Positions 21,906-32,497 of a stretch of DNA of 64,000 nt are shown one piece after another (the first letter of the stretch is position 1; every line of letters starts with the position of its first letter). The stretch comes from an uncultured Solirubrobacterales bacterium. GTDB lineage: Bacteria; Actinomycetota; Thermoleophilia; Solirubrobacterales; Solirubrobacteraceae. The stretch lies in the NCBI GenBank assembly GCA_963695305.1, contig OY968774.1:1640471-1704470 (forward strand). Direction: 5' to 3'. A program made the position numbers and the translations under genes. Below the pieces are notes generated by a model. That model was given only the letters and a program-made list of their open reading frames with translations. It ran no database searches and was not told where the DNA came from.

Positions 21906-22181
21906 ATGGAGCGCAGCTCGCTCGCAGGGGAATCCCCGGTGGTCGTCCTAACCCTCTATTCAAAGCCCGACTGTCACCTCTGCGTCGATGCCCGCGACAC
22001 GCTTACCCGCGTTGCCGCGGATATTCCCTTCGAGCTGCGCGAGCTTGACATCACCGCCGACGACGTGCTCCATCGAGCGTATTTCGAGCGTATCCCAGTC
22101 GTCGCGCTCGACGGTGAGGAGCTCTTCGAATATTTCGTGCAAGAGCATGTTCTGAGGGAGCGGCTCGCAAGCATCCTCTAG
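21906..22181 (+). CDS. Glutaredoxin family protein (DUF836-like)
   Basis: LYSKPDCHLC, ERIPVV. Confidence 0.85.
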   Translation: MERSSLAGESPVVVLTLYSKPDCHLCVDARDTLTRVAADIPFELRELDITADDVLHRAYFERIPVVALDGEELFEYFVQEHVLRERLASIL

Positions 22182-22194
22182 AGTCACGGCCCCT

Positions 22195-22872
22195 ATGGTT
22201 TTCAACGAATTGACGAATCCCATCGACACGACTTACGAGGACGATCCTCACGCGCCCGATCGGCTCTCCCTTGGCGTTGCCGCGCGACTGTCGCGCTACC
22301 TGCAGGTCCTCACCCAAGCCAAGAAGATGGGCAAGGAGACGATCTCCTCACAGGAACTCTCCGACTACACCCACGTCAACTCCACCCAGATTCGCCGCGA
22401 TCTCTCAGGTTTCGGCAAGTTCGGTAAGCGTGGTGTCGGCTACAACGTCGAGTCGCTCGTCTCCCAGATCCGCAAGATCCTCCGCACCGCCGGCCAACAC
22501 AACATCGCGCTGTTCGGCGCCGGCCATCTCGGCAAGGCGATCGCCTCCTCCGACATCTTCGCCGACCATGGCTTCCGCGTCGTCGCGATCTTCGATGTCC
22601 ACCCCTCCAAGGTCGGCACCCAGGTCGGCCCCCACACTGTCCGCCACACCCGCGAGCTGCAACAGCTCGTCGAGGATGAGGACATCGTCGTCGGCGTCCT
22701 CGCTGTCCCCACCGCCGCCGCCCAAACGCTCGCAGATCAACTCGTCGCCGCTGGGGTCAAGATCATCTTCAATTACTCCGAGTCGCTGCTTGCCGTACCG
22801 CCGGAGGTCACGGTCCACACATCCTCCCCCGCCGTGGACCTGCTCTATGCGCTGTACTTCTATCTGACTTGA
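22195..22872 (+). CDS. rex: Redox-sensing transcriptional repressor Rex
   Basis: RLSRYLQVL, QIRRDLSGFG.FGKRGVGY, GAGHLG. Confidence 0.96.
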   Translation: MVFNELTNPIDTTYEDDPHAPDRLSLGVAARLSRYLQVLTQAKKMGKETISSQELSDYTHVNSTQIRRDLSGFGKFGKRGVGYNVESLVSQIRKILRTAGQHNIALFGAGHLGKAIASSDIFADHGFRVVAIFDVHPSKVGTQVGPHTVRHTRELQQLVEDEDIVVGVLAVPTAAAQTLADQLVAAGVKIIFNYSESLLAVPPEVTVHTSSPAVDLLYALYFYLT

Positions 22873-24020
22873 CCCCCCTGGATCTCGACAAGGCAGTTGA
22901 AAGGTTCGCGCTCTCCACCGACTTCACGGTCGGCTTGGAGGAGGAGTTCGCGATCCTCGACCCCTCCACGCTCGACCTCGTGCCTCGCTTCGAGGAGCTC
23001 CGCGACCTCGCGCTCGTTCGCGATCCCCTGCTCGGTGAGCACATCACGGGCGAGCTCATCTCCTCGGAGATCGAGATCGTCTCCGGCGCTGGCTCCAACT
23101 TCGCCGACGCCCTCTCCCGTCAGCGCGACCGCCGCCGCCGCCTGTTTGCGCTTGCCTCTGCCGAGGGCGCTTCGCTTGGCGCTACGGGAACACATCCGTG
23201 GGCCGACTACCGCGAGCAACCCATCATCGACACCCCCCACTACAAACGCGTCGAGGACGGCCTTAAGTACGTGGCCTGGCGCAACAACACCTTCTCGCTC
23301 CACGTTCACGTCGGCATCCGCGACATCGACCGCGCCGTCCGTATCTGCGATCGCCTTCGACCCGTCCTCCCGCTTTTGCTTGCCGTCTCCGCCAACTCCC
23401 CCTACCTCGACGGCCGCGACTCCGGCCTTCACTCCGCGCGCACCCAGTCCTTCACTCGCAACTTCCCCCGCTGTGGCATCCCCGACCCGTTTGGTTCCTG
23501 GTCTTCCTACCGCGACTACATCGAATTCCTGCTGCGCACGAATTCGATCGTCGAGTTCACCCAGGTTTGGTGGTCTGTTCGCCCCCACTTCGAGTTCGGC
23601 ACCCTGGAGGTCCGCATCTGCGATGTGCAGTCCACCGCTCCCGAGTCCGACGCGCTTGGCGCGCTCATCGTCGCTTGCGTCGCCCAGGCCGCCCGCGACA
23701 TCGATGAGGGCGTTCCTTTTGCCGATCCCGCTCAGCGCCTGGTTGAGGAGAACATGTGGCGCGCTATCCGCTTTGGCCTCGATGGTCACATGGTCGATCT
23801 GGAGCGCGCCGAGGAGTACCCCTCTGCGGCGATAGTCGAGCGGCTGCTCGCCTGGACCGCGCCGGTCCGTGCCGAGCTCGCCCTCGATCCGGTCTTCCCT
23901 GACCGCAACGGGGCGCAGCGCCAGCGCCGTCTCATCGACGCCGGCGCCACCCCGGAGGAGGTCTACTCCGCCTCCGTCCGCGACACCCTCGACACCTACT
24001 CACAGGAGGTCACCGTCTGA
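22869..24020 (+). CDS. YbdK/GCS2 family carboxylate-amine (glutamate--cysteine) ligase
   Basis: TVGLEEEF, SEIEI, LHVHVG, ANSP, WWSVRPH..FGTLEVRICD. Confidence 0.92.
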   Translation: MTPLDLDKAVERFALSTDFTVGLEEEFAILDPSTLDLVPRFEELRDLALVRDPLLGEHITGELISSEIEIVSGAGSNFADALSRQRDRRRRLFALASAEGASLGATGTHPWADYREQPIIDTPHYKRVEDGLKYVAWRNNTFSLHVHVGIRDIDRAVRICDRLRPVLPLLLAVSANSPYLDGRDSGLHSARTQSFTRNFPRCGIPDPFGSWSSYRDYIEFLLRTNSIVEFTQVWWSVRPHFEFGTLEVRICDVQSTAPESDALGALIVACVAQAARDIDEGVPFADPAQRLVEENMWRAIRFGLDGHMVDLERAEEYPSAAIVERLLAWTAPVRAELALDPVFPDRNGAQRQRRLIDAGATPEEVYSASVRDTLDTYSQEVTV

Positions 24021-24547
24021 TGCCCGGCGAGCCCACCCCCTCGCACGACTCCACCACGGCTACCCAGCCGACTGACGAGGAGATGCGCGCCGCCTACGAA
24101 GCTGAGCTCAATCGCATCACCTCCACGGAGATGATCCTGCAAACGGCGGTCTCGCTGCTCAACATCGGCGGCCGCAGGCTTGGGTTGACCCCTCCCTCCG
24201 GACCCGGATCTCCCGCGTCGAGTGGCGGTCCGGCCGGTGGGGGTGAGCGCGACCTCGATCAGGTGTCCGACGCCATCGACGCCGTCCGTGCCCTCATGCC
24301 GATCTTGGAGCGCCGTATGCCCCGTGAGATCGGGCCTCTCCGTGACGCGGTCTCGCAGCTGCAGATGGCCTACGCCCGCGAGGTCCAGGCCGCGCGCGAG
24401 CCGGCGCCTGCCGCTCCCTCCCCGGCCTCGTCCTCTGCCGGCGAGCCCTCCGTGCCCCCGCAGAAGTCCGCCCCTCAAGCAGAGGGCGAGAAGCCTGCAC
24501 CCGGCCCCGCCGAGTCCAGCGGCCGCCTCTGGGTTCCGGGGCGATAG
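24020..24547 (+). CDS. Hypothetical protein
   Basis: Translationally coupled to the ligase; helical core with Pro-rich termini. Confidence 0.7.
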   Translation: MPGEPTPSHDSTTATQPTDEEMRAAYEAELNRITSTEMILQTAVSLLNIGGRRLGLTPPSGPGSPASSGGPAGGGERDLDQVSDAIDAVRALMPILERRMPREIGPLRDAVSQLQMAYAREVQAAREPAPAAPSPASSSAGEPSVPPQKSAPQAEGEKPAPGPAESSGRLWVPGR

Positions 24548-24693
24548 CTCTCCACACGGCTTTCCGTGTCTGCACACGATAGACTGCGCCCGCCTTTACG
24601 CCGGGTAGTGGCTCACAGCGAGCTTGCCCGTGCGAGAACCGTGCGCGCGAACATCCTCGCGCGGCACTCCAACCAGACCGCGGAGGATTTCTG

Positions 24694-26778
24694 TTGAGCA
24701 GCTTTCTGACGAACCATGGGGTCGTCGTCGCCCTTGTATGCGCCGCCTGCGCCGTGATCTACGGCCTGGTCACCACGCGCTCCCTGCTGGCGCTTTCGCC
24801 CGGAAACGAGCGGATGCAGAGCATCTCGCGCGCCGTCCAGGAAGGCGCGCGCGCCTACCTGAATCGTCAGTACACCACTATCGCCATCGTCGGCGTGGTG
24901 CTGTTCGTGGCGCTCATATTCGTCCAGAACATCGCCGTCGCTTGCGGTTTTGCGATCGGCGGCATCCTTTCGGGCTCCGCCGGTTACATCGGCATGAACG
25001 TCTCGGTTCGCGCCAACTCGCGTGTTGCCGAGGCTGCCCGCGGAGGCGTGTCTCCGGCGCTGCGGGTCGCCTTCCAGGGCGGCGCCATCACAGGCATGCT
25101 CGTCGCGGGGCTCGCGCTGATGGGCCTCGCCGGCTACTACGGCCTGCTCACCGCGGTCTTCAACGAAACCCAGAAAACGGCGGTCGTCGCGCTCATCGGC
25201 CTCGGCTTCGGCGGTTCTCTGATCTCCGTCTTCGCGCGACTCGGTGGGGGCATCTTCACGAAGGCCGCTGACGTGGGAGCGGACATCGTGGGCAAGATCG
25301 AGGCGGGCATCCCCGAGGACGATCCCCGCAACCCCGCCGTCATCGCCGACAACGTGGGCGACAACGTCGGCGACTGTGCCGGTATGGCCGCCGACCTGTT
25401 CGAGACCTACGCGGTCACCGCGGTCGCGGTGATGCTGCTGGGCGTGCTCACCTTCCATGAGGCCACCCGCGTGGTGATGTACCCGTTGATTCTCGGTGGT
25501 GTCGCGGTGATCGCTTCGATTATCGGCACGTTCGCGGTTCGTTCGCGCTCGGGCAACGTCGAGCGCGCGCTCTACCAGGGCCTGATCGTCTCCGGGGCGA
25601 TCGCCGCCGCGGCGTTTGCCCCGGTCACCTACTGGCTCATGAAGGGGCTCACGTTCTCGCAAGTCGGCAACGTGGTCAATCCGCCCTCGTGGGGCAAGTT
25701 CTACCTGTGTGCGCTCATCGGTATCGCAGTCACCGCGCTGCTGTTCGTCATCACCGACTACTACACCTCCACGCGCTTCTCGCCGGTGAAGAAGACCGCG
25801 AAGGCGTCGGTCACGGGCCACGCTACGAACATCATCCAGGGCTTCGGCTCCGGCCTTCAGGCCACAGCCCTGCCTGCGCTTGTCCTCGTGTTCGGCATCT
25901 TCGGCGCCTGGAAGCTCGCGGGCGGCGGCACCACCGGCATCTACGGCGTTGGCGTGGCGGTCATGGGCCAGCTGTCGCTCACCGGCCTCATCGTGGCGCT
26001 TGACGCGTTCGGCCCCATCACCGACAACGCCGGTGGTATCGCCGAGATGGCGGAGCTCCCCGAGGAGGTCCGCAACGTCACCGACCCGCTTGATGCGGTT
26101 GGCAACACCACCAAGGCGGTCACCAAGGGTTACGCGATCGGCTCAGCCGTGCTGGCTGCAGTGGTGCTGTTCGCGGGCTTCCGCCAGGAACTCGCCGACG
26201 CGAGTCACAAGTCGATCGAATCTCTCACCTTCGGCATCAACGAGCCCCAGGTGCTGATCGGGCTGCTGCTCGGTGGGTTGATGGTGTGTTTGTTCGCCTC
26301 GCTCTCGATGGAGGCCGTCGGCCGTGCCGGCGGTGCCGTCGTGGAGGAGGTGCGTCGTCAGTTCCGCGAGCACCCCGGCATCATGGAGGGCACGGAAGAG
26401 CCCGACTACGCCACCTGCGTTGACATCGTCACTCGCACCGCCCAGCGCGAGATGATCCTGCCCTCACTGCTCCCGATCGGGTTGCCGGTGATCGTCGGTC
26501 TCATCGACCAGAAGGCGCTCGGCGGCCTGCTCATCGGCGTGATCGTCGTGGGCTTCTTCTTCGCGGTCCTGATGACTGCGGGTGGTGGCGCGTGGGACAA
26601 CGCCAAGAAGCTCATCGAGGACGGCGCTTTCGGCGGCAAGGGCTCGGAGGCGCACGCCGCCTCGATCACCGGCGACACCGTCGGCGACCCCTTCAAGGAC
26701 ACCGCCGGCCCCGCCATCAACCCGATGATCAAGGTGGCGAACATCGTCGCCATCCTGATAATCCCGCTCATCACTTGA
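24694..26778 (+). CDS. hppA: Membrane-bound H+-translocating pyrophosphatase, predicted K+-independent
   Basis: [39 protein letters not shown] (Lys at the K+-dependence position), [10 protein letters not shown]. Confidence 0.96.
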   Translation: MSSFLTNHGVVVALVCAACAVIYGLVTTRSLLALSPGNERMQSISRAVQEGARAYLNRQYTTIAIVGVVLFVALIFVQNIAVACGFAIGGILSGSAGYIGMNVSVRANSRVAEAARGGVSPALRVAFQGGAITGMLVAGLALMGLAGYYGLLTAVFNETQKTAVVALIGLGFGGSLISVFARLGGGIFTKAADVGADIVGKIEAGIPEDDPRNPAVIADNVGDNVGDCAGMAADLFETYAVTAVAVMLLGVLTFHEATRVVMYPLILGGVAVIASIIGTFAVRSRSGNVERALYQGLIVSGAIAAAAFAPVTYWLMKGLTFSQVGNVVNPPSWGKFYLCALIGIAVTALLFVITDYYTSTRFSPVKKTAKASVTGHATNIIQGFGSGLQATALPALVLVFGIFGAWKLAGGGTTGIYGVGVAVMGQLSLTGLIVALDAFGPITDNAGGIAEMAELPEEVRNVTDPLDAVGNTTKAVTKGYAIGSAVLAAVVLFAGFRQELADASHKSIESLTFGINEPQVLIGLLLGGLMVCLFASLSMEAVGRAGGAVVEEVRRQFREHPGIMEGTEEPDYATCVDIVTRTAQREMILPSLLPIGLPVIVGLIDQKALGGLLIGVIVVGFFFAVLMTAGGGAWDNAKKLIEDGAFGGKGSEAHAASITGDTVGDPFKDTAGPAINPMIKVANIVAILIIPLIT

Positions 26779-26939
26779 TCGGCACGCCCGTATACGCACC
26801 TGGACGCGGCGCTGGGCGGCACGTGACGTCTTGCACGTGCCCCCGGCACGCGCTTCGACGCCCCGCACCGTCCAGCTTGGTCCATGCACGCATACGGACG
26901 CGCCGACGAGCTTGAGCTGCCCCTAAGCTCATTGAAGAG

Positions 26940-27140
26940 ATGAGATCGAGCCCCAAACACGTACATCGCGCCGGGACGACGGTGCTGTCGCTGGCGATGG
27001 TCGCGATCGGCGTCGCTCTCGCCATCCAGGCGATCGGTGGCCAGGGCATCCTGTCGGCGCGGCTGCTGTTGGGCTTGCTGTTCGTCGCCGCGGGATCGCT
27101 GCGCATCTACCTCATGGTCATACGGAGCCGCGACACATGA
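26940..27140 (+). CDS. Small 2-TM membrane protein
   Basis: 66 aa hydrophobic ORF with ATGA overlap to the APC gene. Confidence 0.65.
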   Translation: MRSSPKHVHRAGTTVLSLAMVAIGVALAIQAIGGQGILSARLLLGLLFVAAGSLRIYLMVIRSRDT

Positions 27141-29179
27141 CCACGACCGGCGACCACCACCGCGCGGCGGAGCTCACCGAGAGCGCCCGCACCACCCTCC
27201 GCCACTCGCTGGGCTCGCCGATCCTCTTCGCGGTCGTATACACCTCGCTCGCGTCCGCGGTGTTCTTCTCGCTTGGCGTCGTGGCGGATCACGCGCTCGG
27301 CCTCACCCCCGTTGTGTTCCTGATCGCGGCGGTCATGTTCGGGGTGACCGCCATGACCTACGTCGAGGGCGCCTCTATGCACCCCGAACCCGGGGGCTCC
27401 ACCGTATTCGCCCGCTACGCCTTCAACGAGCTCACGAGCTTCGTCGCGGGCTGGGCGATGCTGCTCGACTACATCATCCTCATCGCCGTCACCGCGTTTG
27501 CCGCGACCCAGTATCTGGCGGTGTTCTGGGCGCCGCTTGGCCGCTCCGGCGAGGCGATGTTGCTCTCAGTCGCCATCATCGCCTTTGTCGTGCTCACGAG
27601 CATCCGTGGCTTTAACTGGCGCCGCGAGTACCGCATCGGGCTCGTCGTCGTCGGTGCGCTTGCGCTTGAGCTCGTAGCCATCGCGATCGGGTTGGGCCAG
27701 TTCTTCGACGCGCACAGACTGGTCTCCCAGGTGCACCTCGGCACGGTTCCAACATGGTCAGGGCTCGTCTTCGCGCTCACGGTTACCACGATTGCTTTCA
27801 CCTCGGTGGAGTCTGCCTCCGGGATGGCCGGCGAGGTGAAGGCGGGGAGGGGGTCGCTGCGTAGGTTGATCGCCTCCGGCACCGCCACTGTCGTCATTGC
27901 CTACGTAGGTGTCGCGATTGTCGCGGTCACAGCGCTGCCTCTACCGACGGCGAGCAGCGTGGGCCACGACTTCACAGACGCCCCTGTTGTGGACATCATG
28001 CGCCAACTGCACCCCCATCTGCTCTCCCAGGTGCTCGTCTACGCCATAAGCGGGGTGGCGGTCGTCACGTTGGTCGCCGCCGCCGACTCGGCGATGTTGG
28101 GGCTCTCCCGCCTGGCGTACTCGCTCTCCACCAACCGCCAGATCCCAAGCGGACTAGGCCGTCTGCACCCACAACGCTCCACTCCCTACGTGCTGATCCT
28201 GCTCGCGGGGCTGCTCGCCGCCACGCTCGTGATCCCAGAGAGCCTTGATTTCCTCGTAGGTATTTATGCCTTCGGTGCGATGCTCGCCTTCACGATCGCT
28301 CATCTCTCAGTTGTGAAGATGCGCTACTCCGAGCCCCTCGCCAACCGTCCCTACCGCACCCCGTTCTCGGTGCGTTTGCGCGGCGGCGACCTGCCGTTGC
28401 TTGCCGTGTTCGGCGCGCTCGCTTGCTCGGCTGGGTGGATCGCCACGATGATCGTCCACGAACCCGCCCGTTATGTCGGGTTGGGGTGGATGTTGGCCGG
28501 GATCGTGCTCTACGTGATCTACCGTCGCGCCGACGAAACCTCGCTCCTGCGTCGTGTCACCGTGCCCGCGGAGGCGCTGCGCGCGACGCAGCTCCCCGAG
28601 CGTGAGTACGGCTCGATCCTCGTGCCCCTTACCGGAACCCCGCTTGATGAGGACATCGTCCAAACCGCCGCGCTCCTCGCTGCGGGCGAGCCCACCGAAG
28701 ACGAGCTCGATGGCTCCACGATTGAGGCGGTGTGGATCTTCGAGATGCCGATGTCGCTACCGCTTGACGCCCGCCTGCCTGACGCCCAAGTCAAGCACGC
28801 CCGCCAGGCGCTCGCGCGGGCGAAGGCGGTGGGGGAGGAGTACGCGGGAGTGCAAGTCGCCACGGCCACGATCCGCGCGCGACGGGCCGGCCAGGCGATC
28901 CTCGAGGAGGCTCGTAGACGTGGGGTGGAGGCGATTGTGCTCGGCGCGGAGGAGCCCTCCCGCATCCGGGGCGGTTCCCGCTTCGGCGGGCGGGGTGGGC
29001 CGATGGAGAACTTCGTGGGGGAGGCCACCAAGCAGGTCATCGCCAAGGCTCGCTGTCGCGTGATCGTGACCGCTCCCGCTGCCCGCGACACCGTTATCGC
29101 CAACGGCGAGGGCGCCACGCCCAAGGATCCCTCCGGGCTTTCCCCGGTGGAGCCCGTCGCGGACCCTCCCATCGTCTAA
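27137..29179 (+). CDS. APC-superfamily permease fused to a C-terminal universal stress protein domain
   Basis: About 12 TM (GS..Y/F.SLG, GG...FAR.AF); C-terminal ILVP...I.EEARRRGVEAIVLG...V...A.C.V USP pattern. Confidence 0.88.
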   Translation: MTTTGDHHRAAELTESARTTLRHSLGSPILFAVVYTSLASAVFFSLGVVADHALGLTPVVFLIAAVMFGVTAMTYVEGASMHPEPGGSTVFARYAFNELTSFVAGWAMLLDYIILIAVTAFAATQYLAVFWAPLGRSGEAMLLSVAIIAFVVLTSIRGFNWRREYRIGLVVVGALALELVAIAIGLGQFFDAHRLVSQVHLGTVPTWSGLVFALTVTTIAFTSVESASGMAGEVKAGRGSLRRLIASGTATVVIAYVGVAIVAVTALPLPTASSVGHDFTDAPVVDIMRQLHPHLLSQVLVYAISGVAVVTLVAAADSAMLGLSRLAYSLSTNRQIPSGLGRLHPQRSTPYVLILLAGLLAATLVIPESLDFLVGIYAFGAMLAFTIAHLSVVKMRYSEPLANRPYRTPFSVRLRGGDLPLLAVFGALACSAGWIATMIVHEPARYVGLGWMLAGIVLYVIYRRADETSLLRRVTVPAEALRATQLPEREYGSILVPLTGTPLDEDIVQTAALLAAGEPTEDELDGSTIEAVWIFEMPMSLPLDARLPDAQVKHARQALARAKAVGEEYAGVQVATATIRARRAGQAILEEARRRGVEAIVLGAEEPSRIRGGSRFGGRGGPMENFVGEATKQVIAKARCRVIVTAPAARDTVIANGEGATPKDPSGLSPVEPVADPPIV

Positions 29180-29215
29180 TCTCCGGGCCGTGCCCTTCTT
29201 CACGCTCACCACTCT

Positions 29216-29647
29216 GTGTTCGTCCTGATCGTCGGCGCCGGCCGCGTTGGCTCGGCGCTTGCAAAGTCCACGCTCGCCGCCGGCCACGAAGTGTCAGTGC
29301 TCGACGAGGACCAGCTCTCCCACGAGCGCCTCGACGCGGGGCAGTCGCGAAGCTGGGAGGAAGCCGACGGCATATTCACGCTCGGAACCGCCCTTGAGGT
29401 GGACGCGTTGATCCAGGCCGGCATCGAGCGCGCAGACGTGTTCATCGCCTCCACCGACGGCGATAACACGAACCTCATCATCGCCCAGATCGCCCAGCGG
29501 CGCTTCGGTGTGAAGAAGGTATTGGTCCGTGTCATGGACCCCGCTCGTGCTGCCTGGTACGGCGAACAGGGTCTCCACACGATCTCCCCCACAAAGCACG
29601 CGATCGAAATGTTCGAAAGCGCGCTTACCGCCGATCCCGTCGTTTAA
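29216..29647 (+). CDS. trkA: TrkA-N (RCK_N-only) protein
   Basis: IVGAGRVG, GIERADVFIASTDGDNTN. Confidence 0.85.
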   Translation: MFVLIVGAGRVGSALAKSTLAAGHEVSVLDEDQLSHERLDAGQSRSWEEADGIFTLGTALEVDALIQAGIERADVFIASTDGDNTNLIIAQIAQRRFGVKKVLVRVMDPARAAWYGEQGLHTISPTKHAIEMFESALTADPVV

Positions 29648-29705
29648 GGCTCCCGATGCGACGTCTCCTCACAACCCACCCAGCTTCCCCCTGCGAGGTG
29701 ACGTT

Positions 29706-30383
29706 GTGTACGTGATCATCGTCGGCGCCGGCAAGGTCGGCCGCAACCTCGCTCGCGAGCTGATCACCAAGGGCAACGAGGTCACGATCATCGAGTCTTC
29801 CCGTCCCCGCTACCTCTCGATGGAGGAAGAGTACGAGCACGCCGTCCAGTACGGCGACGCCACCGAGCTGTGGGTGCTGGAGCGCGCCGGTATCCAACGC
29901 GCCGATCTCGTCATCGCGGTGACCGGCGACGACGAGGACAACATGTTGGTGTGTCAGGTCGCCAAGGAGAAGTACCTCTGCGAGCGCATCATCGCCCGCG
30001 TCAACAACCCCCGCAACTACGATCACTTCAAGCTGCTCGGGATCCAACCTGCGGTCTCCGCCACCGACCTCATCCTGCGCCTGATAGAGCATGAGGTCCC
30101 CCGCTACGGGCTCGTCCACCTGCTCGCGCTTGAAGAGGAGCGCCTGGAGATCATCGAGCTTGAGGTCTCCGCCGACGCTCCCGTCGTCGGCCAGAACGTC
30201 GCCGCCATCGACCTACCCGAGGGCTCGCTCGTCATCTCAGTGCTCCGTGGCGGCTCCGGCTTCGTCCCGAAGGCCGATACGGTCATCGAAGCCGGCGACG
30301 AGGTCCTGCTCGTGCTCGATCCGGGGCTTGAGCCGGCGATCACGGCGTTCTTCTCGCCTACAGGCTCTCGCGCCGAGGCGTAA
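29706..30383 (+). CDS. trkA: TrkA family K+ uptake regulatory protein (RCK_N plus RCK_C)
   Basis: IVGAGKVG, GDATE, TGDDEDN, C-terminal TrkA-C (LP.G......R....F.PKADTVI..GD). Confidence 0.9.
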   Translation: MYVIIVGAGKVGRNLARELITKGNEVTIIESSRPRYLSMEEEYEHAVQYGDATELWVLERAGIQRADLVIAVTGDDEDNMLVCQVAKEKYLCERIIARVNNPRNYDHFKLLGIQPAVSATDLILRLIEHEVPRYGLVHLLALEEERLEIIELEVSADAPVVGQNVAAIDLPEGSLVISVLRGGSGFVPKADTVIEAGDEVLLVLDPGLEPAITAFFSPTGSRAEA

Positions 30384-30438
30384 AAACTCCCTACGGGGAT
30401 CCTGTCCGGCCGCAGGCCGGACGGAGGGGTTCAGCAGG

Positions 30439-30510
30439 CTCCGGGACAGGGACTCGAACCCCAAACTCGTGCTCCAGAGGCACGCGTGTTGCCAATTACA
30501 CCATCCCGGA
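30439..30510 (-). tRNA. tRNA-Gln (anticodon CTG)
   Basis: Reverse complement TCCGGGA..TGGTGTAATTGGCAAC..CGTGC-CTCTGGA-GCACG..GGGTTCGAGTCCC..TCCCGGA-G gives a full cloverleaf; no encoded CCA. Confidence 0.95.
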
Positions 30511-30540
30511 ACGGCACCGCAAGCATAGTGAACGGGCCGC

Positions 30541-32403
30541 TCAGGCCACCGCGTGAAGCGCCCAATCTCGGTACAGGTCGTAATACCGCCCCTCGGCGGC
30601 GATCAGCTCGTCGTGGGTGCCCTGCTCGGCGATCCTGCCGTGCTCCAACACGACTATGCGCCCGGCCTGGCGGATAGTTGAGAGCCTGTGGGCTATGACG
30701 ATCGCGGTGCGGCCCGCGAGCAGGCGGCGCAGGCCGTCCTCGATGCGTCCCTCGGTGTGGAGGTCGACGTTGGAGGTGGCCTCGTCGAGGATCAGCACGC
30801 GGGGGTCGGCGATGAGGGCGCGGGCGAAGGCGATCAGTTGGCGTTGGCCTGCCGAGAGCTGGGCGCCGCGCTCGCCGACTTCGGTGTCGTAGCCCTGCTC
30901 CAGCTCCTCGATGAACGTGTCGGCACCGACGGCTTTCGCGGCCGCTTCGATCTCCTCGGTGGATGCGCTGGGCTTGCCGAAGGCGATGTTCTCGCCGATC
31001 GTCCCTGAGAAGAGGAACGCCTCCTGCGGCACGATCCCCATCTGCGACCGCAACGACCCGCTCGCGACGTCACGCAGGTCGTGCCCATCGATGGACACCT
31101 TCCCCGCCGTCGGGTCGTAGAAGCGCGCGGCGAGCTTCGCGAAGGTGGACTTGCCTGCGCCCGTCGCGCCCACGAGGGCCACGGTTTGGCCGGGGGGTAT
31201 GTGTAGGTCGATGCCGTCGAGCGCCAACACCTCGACCGGACCGTCACCGTCCGCGGACACGGGCGCGCCTGCGCCGTGGCGGCGGTAGGCGAAGGACACG
31301 CCCTCGAAGCTCACCTCGCCACGTATCCGCTCAAGCTCGGTCGCTCCTGGCTTGTCCGTCAGGTCGGGTTCCACGTCGAGCAGTTGGAAGATCTTCTCCA
31401 GCGCCGCCATCCCCGACTGGTAGGTGGCGTACAGCTGGGAGAGCTGTTGGATCGGTTCAAACAGGTATGAGAGCGTGAGCACGAACGCAACCACGGTGCC
31501 CGGGGTGATGTTGCCGTCGATCGCCTGGTAGCCGCCGTACAGCACGATCATCGCGAGCGCCACCCCCGAGATCATTTCCACGGCCGGGAAGTAGTTGGCG
31601 TTCAGGCGCACGGTCACCATGTTCGCGTCGCGGTTGTCGTTGTTCAGCTCGGCGAACCGTGCATTGTGGACGGGCTCCTGGCTGAAGCTGCGCACAACCC
31701 GGATCCCGGACAGCGTTTCCTGCAGGTATGCGGTGATCGAGCCGATCGTCTCACGTGTGCGCCTGAACGCTCCTGCCGAGGCCAACCGGAACCACAGGCT
31801 GCCGGCGGCCACCAGCGGCACCACGCAGAACGTGAGCAGCGCCAGCTTCAGATCTAGGAACAGCAGCACCACGACAGCGCCCACCAGCGTGAGGCCCGCC
31901 TGGAACAGCGTGACCACGGAGTCGGTTACGAGGCTGTCGAGCGCCTCCACGTCGTTGGTGATGCGCGAGATCAGCACGCCCGCGGGGCGGCTCTCGTAGA
32001 AGCCGATGGGGAGCGTTTGCAGGTGGGTGAAGATGCGTATGCGCAGGTCGGCGAGCGCTCTCTGGCCGACCCAGCCCACGAGGTAGGTCTGAACGTAGGT
32101 CATGATCCAAAACACCACCGCCACCGCGAGGAAGGCGATCACGATCAGCACGAGCGCCGTGCTGTCGTGTTTTTCGATGCCGCTGTCTATCGCCGCCTTG
32201 GCGAGCAGCGGCGGGGCGAGGTAGGCGGCGGTGCCCACCACAAGCGCCGCCAGCATTGCCGCGGCACGCGCCTTGTATGGCGCCACCAATCCGATCAGCC
32301 CGCGCAGGTTGCGCCCGCGCGTCTGGCGGCTTGAGCGCTCGCCGTCCCACTGGGGACCGAAGCGGCCCGTAACAACGCCACGCCCGCCGCCGTGCGCACT
32401 CAT
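30541..32403 (-). CDS. ABC exporter, fused permease/ATPase
   Basis: TM domain plus GATGAGKST, LSAGQRQ, LILDEATS; start uncertain. Confidence 0.93.
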   Translation of the reverse strand: MSAHGGGRGVVTGRFGPQWDGERSSRQTRGRNLRGLIGLVAPYKARAAAMLAALVVGTAAYLAPPLLAKAAIDSGIEKHDSTALVLIVIAFLAVAVVFWIMTYVQTYLVGWVGQRALADLRIRIFTHLQTLPIGFYESRPAGVLISRITNDVEALDSLVTDSVVTLFQAGLTLVGAVVVLLFLDLKLALLTFCVVPLVAAGSLWFRLASAGAFRRTRETIGSITAYLQETLSGIRVVRSFSQEPVHNARFAELNNDNRDANMVTVRLNANYFPAVEMISGVALAMIVLYGGYQAIDGNITPGTVVAFVLTLSYLFEPIQQLSQLYATYQSGMAALEKIFQLLDVEPDLTDKPGATELERIRGEVSFEGVSFAYRRHGAGAPVSADGDGPVEVLALDGIDLHIPPGQTVALVGATGAGKSTFAKLAARFYDPTAGKVSIDGHDLRDVASGSLRSQMGIVPQEAFLFSGTIGENIAFGKPSASTEEIEAAAKAVGADTFIEELEQGYDTEVGERGAQLSAGQRQLIAFARALIADPRVLILDEATSNVDLHTEGRIEDGLRRLLAGRTAIVIAHRLSTIRQAGRIVVLEHGRIAEQGTHDELIAAEGRYYDLYRDWALHAVA

Positions 32404-32497
32404 GCCAGACCTCCCGCTCGCACGGGGGTGGGGGTTCCGGTTTGCCATGGGGAGCGTCCGCTTGCGGATGCTCCCGCGTTTGCACGCCAATCGCGGC

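Noticed and set aside
24694-26778. Na+-pumping PPase
   Set aside because: GNTTKA signature indicates the K+-independent H+-pumping class.
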